Shown here: piece by piece, positions 9,232-19,400 of the stretch
Numbering within the stretch: the stretch's first letter is position 1
How the letters are laid out: each line of letters starts with the position of its first letter
From: Candidatus Omnitrophota bacterium
GTDB taxonomy: Bacteria; Omnitrophota; Gorgyraeia; Zapsychrales; Zapsychraceae
Assembly (NCBI GenBank): GCA_029261055.1
Contig: JAJDCA010000068.1
Location: 5,275 to 69,274, forward strand
Direction: 5' to 3'
DNA length: 64,000 nt
Made by a program: the position numbers and the translations under genes
Notes under the pieces: model-generated
Told to the model about the DNA's origin: nothing
Database searches by the model: none
Seen by the model: only the letters and a program-made list of their open reading frames with translations

Positions 9232-9936
9232 TTACTTACTTACTCTATTCAAAACTTCTTGGTAGGCCTCTTCGATATCGCCCATATCATGTCGAAAACG
9301 GTCTTTATCCAATTTCTTGCCTGTCCCAGCTTCCCAGATGCGACAAGTATCCGGTGAAATTTCATCTGCTAAAATAATCTCACCCTTACATCGTCCAAAT
9401 TCTATTTTAAAATCAACCAAATCCAAATTCAATTTAGCAAAAAACTGCTTCATCAATGCGTTAATTTTAAACGTGTAATTCTTAATAACTTCAAGTTCTT
9501 CCGGGGTGGCTAAATTAAGAACCTGAATGTGATATTCATTCATCAAAGGGTCATTAAATTCATCACATTTGTAACAATATTCCAAAACCGGTGAAGAAAG
9601 CTCAACACCTTGTTCAGCTCCATAATTCCTACAAAAAGATCCCGCGGCTTTATTACGAATAATGACTTCAATCGGAACAATTTCCACCTTCTTAACAAGC
9701 ATCTCACGATCACTTAAATGCTTTTCAAAATGGGAAGGCACGCCCTCACTTTTAAGATACTCAAAAATTTTAGTAGAAATTTTATTGTTGAATACCCCTT
9801 TATTCTCGATCGTCCCTTTTTTGGCAGCATTAAAAGCCGTCGCGTCATCTTTAAAATACTGGATGACAAAATCAGGATCATTTGTGTTGTAAAGAATCTT
9901 TGCTTTTCCTTCGTAAATTTGGCCTTTTTTTTCCAT
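9232..9936 (-). CDS. purC: SAICAR synthetase
   Basis: YEGKAK, FKDDATAFN, LVDFKIEFG and LADEISPDTCRIW motifs. Confidence 0.97.
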   Translation of the reverse strand: MEKKGQIYEGKAKILYNTNDPDFVIQYFKDDATAFNAAKKGTIENKGVFNNKISTKIFEYLKSEGVPSHFEKHLSDREMLVKKVEIVPIEVIIRNKAAGSFCRNYGAEQGVELSSPVLEYCYKCDEFNDPLMNEYHIQVLNLATPEELEVIKNYTFKINALMKQFFAKLNLDLVDFKIEFGRCKGEIILADEISPDTCRIWEAGTGKKLDKDRFRHDMGDIEEAYQEVLNRVSK

Positions 9937-11231
9937 TATTTTAATCCTATTTTTTTGAAAACTTTTTCCACATGACGCGTGTAATAGCGAATGTCAAAAC
10001 AAGCGTCGATTTCATTAGGTTTAAGATATTTTCTCACTTTTCTATCTCTGTAGAGAATATCTTTAAAATCTGACGTTTCTTGCCAAACCTGCATAGCACA
10101 ACGCTGAATAATATCATACGCAGCCTCACGAGCAACACCTTTTTTCATCAATTCTAAAAGGACTCTTTGCGAATAAATCAGCCCCTTAGTCCTGCTGAGA
10201 TTAGTGATCATATTTTTAGGATAAACCAAAAGCCCGTCCATGATGGATGTCATTTTGTGAAACATGTAATCGAGGGCAATCGCACTATCCGGCAAAATAA
10301 TCCTTTCTACTGAAGAGTGACTAATATCTCTTTCATGCCACAAAGTCATATTTTCAAATGCGGCCTGCGCATTAGCTCTTAACAAACGTGACATCCCGGT
10401 AACACGCTCACAAACAACAGGGTTGCGCTTATGCGGCATAGCTGAAGAACCGATTTGTCCTTTAAAAAATGGCTCTTCCACTTCTAAAACTTCTGTCTTT
10501 TGTAAAAGACGAATTTCCGTAGCAATTTTAGTAAGGCTGCCACCAATAAGGGCAAGTGTCGTTACAAACTGACAATGATGATCTCTTTGAATAATTTGCG
10601 TGGCAATATTAATCGGCTTCAACTCTAATTTTTCACACACATATTCCTCTACAGAAGGATCAATATTGGCAAACGTGCCGACAGCACCGGATAATTTACC
10701 GAAACGCATCATTTCTTTGGCCTGCTCCAAGCGTTCAGCATTACGTTTCATTTCATCATACCAAACACCTATTTTTAAACCAAATGTGGTGGGTTCTGCA
10801 TGCACACCATGTGTACGGGCGATACAGGTCGTATCTTTGTACTTTTTTGCTTTTTGTTTCAGAACCTGTAGAAATTTTTTAATATCGGCGAGAAGAAGAT
10901 CACTTGCTTCAACACATTGAACGGAAAGAGATGTATCCAAAAGATCCGAAGATGTTAGCCCCATATGTAGATATCTGGCCTCTGGCCCCAAATATTGACC
11001 AACATTATTAATAAACGCAACGATGTCGTGTTTTGTTTTCTCTTCTATTTTTTTAACTTCATCAATGTCAAATTTGGCATTCTTTTTAATTTTCTCCATC
11101 GCCTTTTTAGGAATAACGCCTAACTTGCACATAGCTTCACAAGCCAAAACCTCAATCTTGAGCATAATTTCCATCCTATGCTTCTCAGACCACACATCGC
11201 CCATTTTCGATAAAGTGTAACGATCAATCAT
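9936..11231 (-). CDS. purB: Adenylosuccinate lyase
   Basis: MIDRY, RTHGVHAEPTTFG and GSSAMPHKRNP motifs. Confidence 0.97.
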   Translation of the reverse strand: MIDRYTLSKMGDVWSEKHRMEIMLKIEVLACEAMCKLGVIPKKAMEKIKKNAKFDIDEVKKIEEKTKHDIVAFINNVGQYLGPEARYLHMGLTSSDLLDTSLSVQCVEASDLLLADIKKFLQVLKQKAKKYKDTTCIARTHGVHAEPTTFGLKIGVWYDEMKRNAERLEQAKEMMRFGKLSGAVGTFANIDPSVEEYVCEKLELKPINIATQIIQRDHHCQFVTTLALIGGSLTKIATEIRLLQKTEVLEVEEPFFKGQIGSSAMPHKRNPVVCERVTGMSRLLRANAQAAFENMTLWHERDISHSSVERIILPDSAIALDYMFHKMTSIMDGLLVYPKNMITNLSRTKGLIYSQRVLLELMKKGVAREAAYDIIQRCAMQVWQETSDFKDILYRDRKVRKYLKPNEIDACFDIRYYTRHVEKVFKKIGLK

Positions 11232-11280
11232 ATTATTGACTCCTCGCGTGAAAGATTAAAAAAATAAGTGAAACGCGGAT

Positions 11281-11309
11281 AATATATCAGAAAAGATTTA
11301 TGCGGTCAA
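11281..11309 (-). promoter_or_regulatory. Sigma70-type promoter of the pur operon
   Basis: TTGACC-17 bp-TATATT with upstream TG, 50 bp before purB. Confidence 0.55.
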
Positions 11310-11397
11310 TGGAAATTAACGTAATTACAGCAATTTTCTCAGAAAAATGAATATAACCTATTGTTAATACTTAGGATACATTCTTAAAAAATTTATT

Positions 11398-11447
11398 CTA
11401 CCTAATGAATTCAAGCAAAGCTGGGGGGAGTTGGGCGGGGGTGATGT
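11398..11447 (-). pseudogene. Orphan giant-gene 3' tail, copy C
   Basis: Reads ITPAQLPPALLEFIR*; 11413-11447 matches 13449-13483 with one silent change. Confidence 0.8.
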
Positions 11448-11456
11448 AGATTTTAA

Positions 11457-11687
11457 CTAAATAGAATACCATTTTTCAATAGTAATCTTCTTTCCTAAAA
11501 TAAGTTCAATTTCATGAAGCATCATTTTTAATTGTGGAACGGAATATTCATGATTGGAAGGAATCGCGAGACGATACCCTTGCTTCACCATAAAATGGTG
11601 ACGCGTGCCAGCAAAAGGCCCGTCAAATCCAAGCTTGCGTAAACGGCGAAGGAAATCTTTTCTCTTACACGGAGACCATCGAGTCAC
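11457..11687 (-). CDS. hicA: HicA family toxin
   Basis: Small basic protein with LRKLGF, GTRHHFM and IPSNH; adjacent to a HicB-like gene. Confidence 0.8.
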   Translation of the reverse strand: MTRWSPCKRKDFLRRLRKLGFDGPFAGTRHHFMVKQGYRLAIPSNHEYSVPQLKMMLHEIELILGKKITIEKWYSI

Positions 11688-11931
11688 GACGCGGCTTTCT
11701 ATTAAGATTAAGTTTATTTAAGACAGGCAACTTGTGCCCTAATTTAAGACCGACAATAATCCAATCTTCTAGGATAGATCGTAATTCAGCTTCACATTGC
11801 GTCAACGATTTAGCAAAAGCAATCACACCTTTACATTTTGGTATGCGCCCCACAAATGAATTATCTTCCAGCTTATCATATTCAGCACGCGCTAATGCAT
11901 GCTGAATGTAATTAGTTAACATAAATTTCAT
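11665..11931 (-). CDS. hicB: HicB family antitoxin
   Basis: FVGRIPKCKGVIAFAKSLTQCEAELRSILEDWI; start set at MKFML after a GGGGG-type RBS. Confidence 0.8.
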   Translation of the reverse strand: MKFMLTNYIQHALARAEYDKLEDNSFVGRIPKCKGVIAFAKSLTQCEAELRSILEDWIIVGLKLGHKLPVLNKLNLNRKPRRDSMVSV

Positions 11932-12009
11932 ATGCCCCCCTTTTTTTCTAAACCATACCATGTTATCTATTTTAAGAATACCATTTTTTTCTCTACTTCG
12001 CTATATTTT

Positions 12010-12080
12010 CTATTTCTTCGACAAGGTCAATTGAAGCAAAGCCGGGGGGAGCTGGGCGGGGGTGATATTGAGGATGACGG
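12010..12080 (-). pseudogene. Orphan giant-gene 3' tail, copy B
   Basis: Reads VILNITPAQLPPALLQLTLSKK*; differences from 13425-13495 are at third codon positions. Confidence 0.9.
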
Positions 12081-12095
12081 AATCAATATAATTTT

Positions 12096-12338
12096 TTAAC
12101 GATTTATTTTCTCATACAAAGTTTCCGGGGCAATATCAACACCATTAGGCCATGTAATTGTACCACCGTCGATAACCGCCTGCTTAAAAAAACGTAAATC
12201 ACGCAATGCCTCAAAAACAGGGCCCTTCTCTAAATATGCAGAAAAATCCACCTCTCCCTCTGACCCATCATCAAATACAATACGAAAAACATAATCCTTT
12301 TCATACTGTATTTTTTTTACCTCATTCATATTCCACAT
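12096..12338 (-). CDS. DUF2442 family protein (putative antitoxin)
   Basis: [20 protein letters not shown] and [16 protein letters not shown]. Confidence 0.85.
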   Translation of the reverse strand: MWNMNEVKKIQYEKDYVFRIVFDDGSEGEVDFSAYLEKGPVFEALRDLRFFKQAVIDGGTITWPNGVDIAPETLYEKINR

Positions 12339-12346
12339 AATTCACC

Positions 12347-12607
12347 TCATGTTAATGGCTCAATTTTCTTAAGTTCTTTACCTGCCCTCGCAAATTCCCA
12401 ATCTTCAATAAGCTCTTTCTGATGGAGGTCTATCCACTCTCTAATTAATTTCCTCGCTGTTTTTGAATCTATACTTCCCCTCGTTACGTTCCCATTAAAA
12501 TCAAAAACTGCTTTATCATCTTGGTACTCAGCATGTAAATGCGGAGGATTGTGTTCATCGTAATACATTCTTATCAAAATTCCAAAAAACCTAGATACGA
12601 TTGGCAT
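12347..12607 (-). CDS. DUF4160 family protein (putative toxin)
   Basis: MPIVSRFFGILIRMYYDEHNPPHLHAEY and terminal IEPL; start set at MPIVS. Confidence 0.88.
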   Translation of the reverse strand: MPIVSRFFGILIRMYYDEHNPPHLHAEYQDDKAVFDFNGNVTRGSIDSKTARKLIREWIDLHQKELIEDWEFARAGKELKKIEPLT

Positions 12608-12768
12608 TAAAATTCCTTTCTTTAGTAATTTATAGTATTCGCAAATTAAATTCGTTAATTTTGAAATAGCCATCAGTGTCGATTCAAGGTGACCTAAAAA
12701 TCTACGTATTTGTTTTGCGAATACTATATTTAAAGAATACCATTTTTTTCCTCATCGCGCTATATTTT

Positions 12769-12874
12769 CTATTTCTTCAACAAGGTCAATTGAAGCAAAG
12801 CCGGGGGGAGTTGGGCGGGGGTGATGTTGAGGATGACGGAGACAAGGCCAGGGAAGTTGCCGGTTTGGATGTCA
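12769..12874 (-). pseudogene. Orphan giant-gene 3' tail, copy A
   Basis: 106 bp with 8 mismatches to 13425-13530 (manual count); reads DIQTGNFPGLVSVILNITPAQLPPALLQLTLLKK*. Confidence 0.92.
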
Positions 12875-13105
12875 GGTATTTGCGGCTTTGTAAAGACCAT
12901 CAATGGATAAGTCCTCATCCACATCCGGCCAATGAATGCCGTATCCTGACGGGCTTACACAATAATTTTGTTTCTGCGCTAAACTTGCGGTGGTTAGTCT
13001 TTTTGAAACCTGAGAAATATCAATAGCATATTCTTTACCATCAATTTGCAACATCATGATATTTTCTTTAAAAAAAACATTTTTGACATTATGCATCTTA
13101 TTCAT
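12872..13105 (-). CDS. DUF2442 family protein (putative antitoxin)
   Basis: SPSGYGIHWPDVDEDLSIDGL signature; start set at MNKMH. Confidence 0.85.
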   Translation of the reverse strand: MNKMHNVKNVFFKENIMMLQIDGKEYAIDISQVSKRLTTASLAQKQNYCVSPSGYGIHWPDVDEDLSIDGLYKAANT

Positions 13106-13355
13106 CTTTTCCTCCCATAAATTCATCCCACTGAGCCACAATGTAATCAAAATGATCAAATATAATTTTCCTAATACTTCTTTTATCTTGTGGACTCATA
13201 TTGTATCCATAGGCTTCACGAATTTCATAAATATCAACATCAAGCCAATACTTACACTCAGACTCTGCTTTTTTACAATGAATGTGTATCGGCTCATTAC
13301 CCTCATTAGAATAAAAATAAAGCCGCCACCCCATTATGACTAAAATTGTCGGCAT
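13098..13355 (-). CDS. DUF4160 family protein (putative toxin)
   Basis: MPTILVIMGWRLYFYSNEGNEPIHIH...CKYWL. Confidence 0.88.
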   Translation of the reverse strand: MPTILVIMGWRLYFYSNEGNEPIHIHCKKAESECKYWLDVDIYEIREAYGYNMSPQDKRSIRKIIFDHFDYIVAQWDEFMGGKDE

Positions 13356-13424
13356 GTGCATTTCTCCTTTCGCTAAAAAGGATGCCATATTTTTACATAT
13401 TGGTCAAGGAGGATTTGCATGTGC

Positions 13425-16400
13425 TTATTTCTTCGACAAGGTCAATTGAAGCAAAGCCGGGGGGAGTTGGGCGGGGGTGATGTTGAGGATGACAGGGACG
13501 AGGCCGGGGAAGTTACCGGTTTGAATGTCACGCATCTGTTGCTGCAGCATGGCTGGGTCCAGGTTTAGCTCTAAACCTTGCCCCTGAATCTGCATGTCCA
13601 TGCCTTGCGGGTCCAAGTTGATTCCACCGAGAGATGCCTTCGTCTTTTGATTCAGCATGGCGTTGTCTACATTTTTTAATTTTTCTTCCAAGCGCGATAA
13701 TGTCGCTTCATAATCTACTATTGATGAATTAGCTTCCATTCTAGCATCTTTACTCTTTATTGACCCATCATCTGGCATTGCTTTAAAATAATCCTTATTT
13801 TCTTGAAGCACCTTTTTAATTCCCTCAATTTCCGCCATAATTCTTTGTTTCTCCTCAAGACTTTTAAGCACTTTTTGTACAGCGGCTATCCTTGCGTCCT
13901 TTTCTACCGAAGATGCTCCTACTTCTTTTAAAGCCTTTGATTCTAATAGTTTATCTAACTTAGAATCATCGGTTAACATCGTTCGAAGAATTTTTATTTG
14001 CTCATCAATATTTTCATCCATTATTGTATCTTTTGGCAATTGCCCTTTAAGAACACCTATGGATGAATCTAAAATCAGCGTTCTCATAGATGAACGCGTG
14101 TCAATACTCACAGTTCCTCCATCGAGAGTCTTTCCTGTTACCATATCTTTTATTGTCTTCAGCACTTTTATGCTAACAATCGTTTCTGCTGTTTCTTGAT
14201 CAATAACTGACGTCTTTTGATTTTGCGTATTGTAATTTTCCTTATCGACAACTTTACTGTCTGACGCTTCCCGCCTTTTGCGCAGATCCTCCGACAATGT
14301 AGCGATGGCTTGATCCAATGTCGCAATTTCCTGATCCAGTTTCACGGACTCTGTAAGGTCGTCCTTCGCAGCAACCCGAGTCTTTCGCTTCTCTATCCGC
14401 TCCTCCATCGCCTGAACCCATTGTTTGGACAGATCAGATATTTCATCATCAACACCCTTCGAAACTTCTAATTGCTTATCTAACTCTATAGGATCCGCCC
14501 CTTGAGCTTTTAATGCCGCAAGCTCTGCTGTCCAATCATGAATATCTTTATTGGCCATGGCTTTCTTGGTTACTACAGCCAACTCACCCACTGTCAATGT
14601 ATACCCATCCCTTTCTTTTATTTTTGACTTAATTTTTGTCTCAAGTTCTTTTATTTTAAGCGTGCCGGCTTGTGTATTTGGCGCATCTTTTTGGTTCGAG
14701 GCCTTCGCCTCAAACGCGGCCTTTTCTTGCGCCAGCAACCCATCGATCTCCTTTTCTCTCTGATTCCATTCATCCTCAATCTCCATCCATTGGGCCGTCT
14801 CTTTTTTAAGGGCCTCGATTTTGACGGGGCGGTCGTTGTCCACCACGTCATCGCCGCCATCTAACGGCTCTGCGATTTGGCGTATATGGGCGTATTTGAC
14901 CTTGCCGTTTTCATCTTTATACATCTCTGCTGCCTCCAGACGATCCGGAGAAAACTCAAGGTCATAAGCTTTTATCTTAGTGTTTTTCTTAAATGAATTG
15001 TCAATTAATGTATGCACACTATTGCTAACTTCCTCGACTCCCCTTCCATCACCTTTTATAAACCCCACCCTTACACCTGCATTTATAATATGATGGCTAT
15101 TGGGTAAAAATTTTGCCACCTGACCATCCGCTGTCTCAAGGATGTCAATTTTCTTCCAATCGTTATCTCCAACCTTATCCTCCCATACAGTTCTATTAAA
15201 AGATGTCGTCACAATAATCATCTTCCCATCTTGGGACAACTCCAAATTCTTTACCTCTCTATTACCGGAATCAAATCCTTTATTATCAATAACGTTTCCA
15301 TCTTTGTCATGAAAATTAACGAATCCACTTTCCATGCCTGTTAAAATAAATTCACCATCTTTTGTAAACCTTGTAAAACTTGCATTGCCGCTTAAAAACT
15401 TACCTTTACCCGTAGTCATATCAAATAGATATTGCTTACCTTTTTCCGTCAATAGCACTACCTTGGTCGAATCTGAATTAATGTCGATGCTTTCGACTTT
15501 TTCTTCTAACCTCTTCCCGTTCACTTTAAATTCCTTTATCTCTTTGCTTTCATCCACAGGCACAATGCCTTGAAAATTGTCCGCAATAATCACTGACTTT
15601 TCACCATCCGGCGCGTCAACAATAAAACTTTTTTCGGGGTTAATTTGAATAGCGTTTGTAAATAATGGACGAGAACCCACATCATCTGGCAAAACATCAA
15701 CCCACTGCATAGAAGATTCACCACCAATCCATAAAATACGGCCATCCCCGGATAATTTCACCACAACATTTTCTACTCCGGCAGGAAAACTTAATAACTC
15801 TTCATCGGCTCCTTTAGCCGTATCGCGCACACGCCAATGTGGCGGCTTCCCCTGCCTATCCTCTCGCGTCAAAACAATCCTTCGCTTGACCGGAGGAGCC
15901 CCCTTCTTGCTACCATCCATCAGCCACGCAACCTGCACAATTTCCTCGTTATCTGGGGCCGTATACGGCTGAATCACCGTCATATCCTTCGCCGCTAAAA
16001 CCTTGACGGCGCGGGGTTGGCCGGTGGACATAAACTTAGCCACAGGCCAGACGGTTAAACCGCTCTTCATATGCGCCATGACGCGCAGAGGACCTTCGGT
16101 TGAAAATTCCAGTTTGGGCACGACATCTTTATCCACATTTTTCAAAGCATCTGGCGCCGGTAGCTCTATGCGCTGTTTTGTATCCATATTCTCCAGCCAA
16201 TATTTACCTTTACCATCCACGACAGCTAAATAAATCCCATCCGAAGACAACGCCAACGCCTTAACACCATCTTCAAACGGATCTGCTTCTCCTTTAAAAT
16301 CTCCTGTTTGCGCATACCACCAGCGCACAATGCCATCTTTTTTACTTACTGTCGCCACCCTGGTGCTGTCTAGCGAGTAGACCGGCCCTACATTCGCACT

Positions 16401-19400
16401 TGTATTTTTTTCTAACTCCTTCAAAGGTCTTTCATTATTAACATCCCACAACTTCGAAACCCCACCATCCTTATCCAAAATAACTATCCATTTATTATTC
16501 GGAGAAATTCTGGGCTGGACTTCGATTTTCAAACCTGTTTCTAACTTGGCTAACTGTAATAACGATATCTTTATCTTATCCACCGTTTGTTCGATTATAA
16601 CATCCCACACACTCACACCACCCTCCATATCAGTGGCTACTATTTTCTTAGATTCATATGCTCCAATATCTGGATATAATATCGGGTTAACAGGAACAAG
16701 CTTACTATCAGACCATTTTTTTGTAATATCATACACTTCAATTGCTTGACTAAAATATGTTATGATCACTTGATTGCTATCAGAAGAAAACCTTGCCTGT
16801 GATGGATTATCTGCCCCTAAATCTATGCTCGATTCAATATCGTTAAAATTCCACAACATCACACCAAAATCATGACCTGCCAACATTTTGGTTTCATCGT
16901 CAGAAATTTCAATCCATCTTACTTTAGAATACAATAATCTATCCAACAGGACTAATTCTCCATTACTTTCCACATCACGTATGTGCACCTTCCAAGTATC
17001 CTTGTCCATGATATTTGGATTGCCAGCACTTGGTTTCCCCGCGATAAATTCCTGCGTCACTACCTTACGTCCTTTCCAAAGATAAGCAATAACCTCCTCC
17101 CCCTCTGGCGGCGTATAATTCACAGGCATCCTCCTGTCTATCGCCCCTTTCTGCAAACCCTCTGCCTTTTGAGCATCCACCTCCGCCTGCACGGCAGCTT
17201 CGCTTTCTTCTTGTTTGCTCAAAGCCCGCTCACCTTCAACCAAAGATTCTTTTTTCTTTGTGAGGAAATCTTTTCGTGCCTCCCAATATTCACGCTCATA
17301 TTTTTGCAGCATGGCAGAATCTTGTTTTCTTAACTCTTCCTCTAATTTTTTCCTTTCTAACTCAAAAACTCTTTTTGTATCTCTTGAACCTTCACGTAAT
17401 TTCTCAAGACGTTCTATTTCACTTAAACTTGCTGAAGTTGCAATTTTTGCCAGTTTTGTTTCAAAATTCTCAACATTCCTCTGCTGTTCTGCAATTAATC
17501 CCTCAAGTTCCAAAATCCTTTTTCGAAGCCAATCCTTATTAGAAATATTACTATCAACCACGTCCTCTTCAGATTCATCTATCCCCAACATTTTATTAGC
17601 TTTTTCCAGCTCCGGATCCACCTCACTCACACCCTTTTTATAATCTGCCCTCGTCCTTCTCTGCACCCCTCTCAACTTTCGTAAGCCTGCTTCCAAATTA
17701 GTAATTTTTTTATCTATTTCCTCCTTCTCTTGATCCAGCTCCTCAACTAAAGCAGGTTTATTCCCCACGACCGCCCGGACCTTTACATTCCCTATCCGCT
17801 CTTTGATCGCCTGCACCAATTGTTTGGACAAGGACAGCATCTTTTTAAAGTTCTTGTCTTTGCCTTCCGGAATTTTTACTGGCTGATCTAAATCATTTGG
17901 ATTAAGACTTTCAATTTTGCCGACGCTAAACACCTGCTGTTTGCTTCCTTCTTTATTCCGCACCATTACCTGAAGCCTATCTGGATAAAACTGAATTTCT
18001 TCCGGATTAAATTTTATGTAACTCCAATTTGCTACTTCCCCTGTTTTAAAATTCCTCATGATAATAAGCGTAGTCGCACTGGGCGTATGGCTGCCAATAC
18101 TCAAAAAATGTTCATTGTCCGGCAAAAAATACCCGAACTTATTAACCATGTGCTTAAACTCTTCCCACGCCTTGGAATCTTGTTTTATCTTTTCACCTGT
18201 TTGCGCATCCCGTAATACCAATTTTCCATTTTCGTCTATGATTAGTAAAGTATCTTCGTCTGGGGATAAATCTGTGAACTTTGCTTCTTCCCATATGCCA
18301 AATCTACTTGGTTCTGCACCATTAATATTCCGTATCCACACCGGATACCCATCATCAGATTTACTTTTTTTAATGCTAATCACATTATTCCCGTCAGAAG
18401 ATAGCCTGGCTAAAGCAATCCCCTCCCTTCGAAAATCAGTTAATTCAATCCCTATTTCTGCTTCCATATTCCATACCCTTTGGGTATTCGATTCATCTAA
18501 CGTTAAAAGTGTTTTGTTATCTGAAGAAAGCTGTTTGTAGCGTATTTTGCCTTCTTGAGAAATTTGTGAAAATTTAGGACTTCCACTTTTTTCCCAGTGC
18601 CATGTTGTGACAATGCTTTTTTCTGTTTGACTACCTATGGGGCCCTTCCTTGATCCAATGACAATTTCTTTTCCATCGGATGAAAATGACAAGGAGGAAA
18701 TAAAACCGGTAACCTCAGTACTGTTTACAAAGGTACGCTTGGTATCATCTTCAACACTCCATACATCAACCTTATGATTTGTTGTTGATCCGGATTTTAA
18801 CGCTATTTTTGTTCCATCAGGGGACAACCGAACAACATTTTTTTCTAAAGTATCAAATTTGGGAAAAAGCTCTTTATTATCTTTCGTATCTCGAACCCTC
18901 CACTCATAAGCCTTAATAATATCTTGTGTATTAAGATCAGCTAGCTCAATTTCTTTCCACGTCAAAGCCCTCTCGCTCTCTGGCCAATAATCCACAATCG
19001 TCTCTCCGGGTGGCGCTTCATAGGCGGGGTTGATGGGAGACAGTTTAGGCGTGCCGTCCGGTTGATCTTGTTCATTTTGTTCAGCTGCTTGAACTTTTAA
19101 CGCCTCAAGTTCTTTTATTTTAGCAAGTGTGTTCGCGTCTCCCTGCGTCTCTTCCTCGGCTGATTCTTTAGGCGCCTCGCGATCAACCTTCTTTTGTATT
19201 TTCACTAATTCTGCGTCAATTCCTTTCGCCCGCGCATTTAATTCAATCTCCATCAACCGCCTTTGTTTTTCCTCTTCTTCAAGGGCCTTGATTTGGGCGG
19301 GGAGGTTATTGTCCGAGGGAGGCGCATCATCGTCAGTCGACTCTGCGATTTGGCGAATGAACACATGTTTTATTTCTCCATTTTCTGTGTATGTCTCGGC

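Noticed and set aside
369-11220. Plus-strand ORFs overlapping pur genes
   Set aside because: Antisense shadows of well-supported minus-strand genes.
12676-13026. Plus-strand 116-aa ORF
   Set aside because: Antisense read-through of DUF2442 and tail copy A; no independent coding signal.
11398-13530. CRISPR array or integron attC array
   Set aside because: Repeats are unequal in length, non-palindromic and protein-coding in origin; spacers are 550-690-bp gene pairs; no cas or intI gene and no clear RYYYAAC/GTTRRRY boxes.
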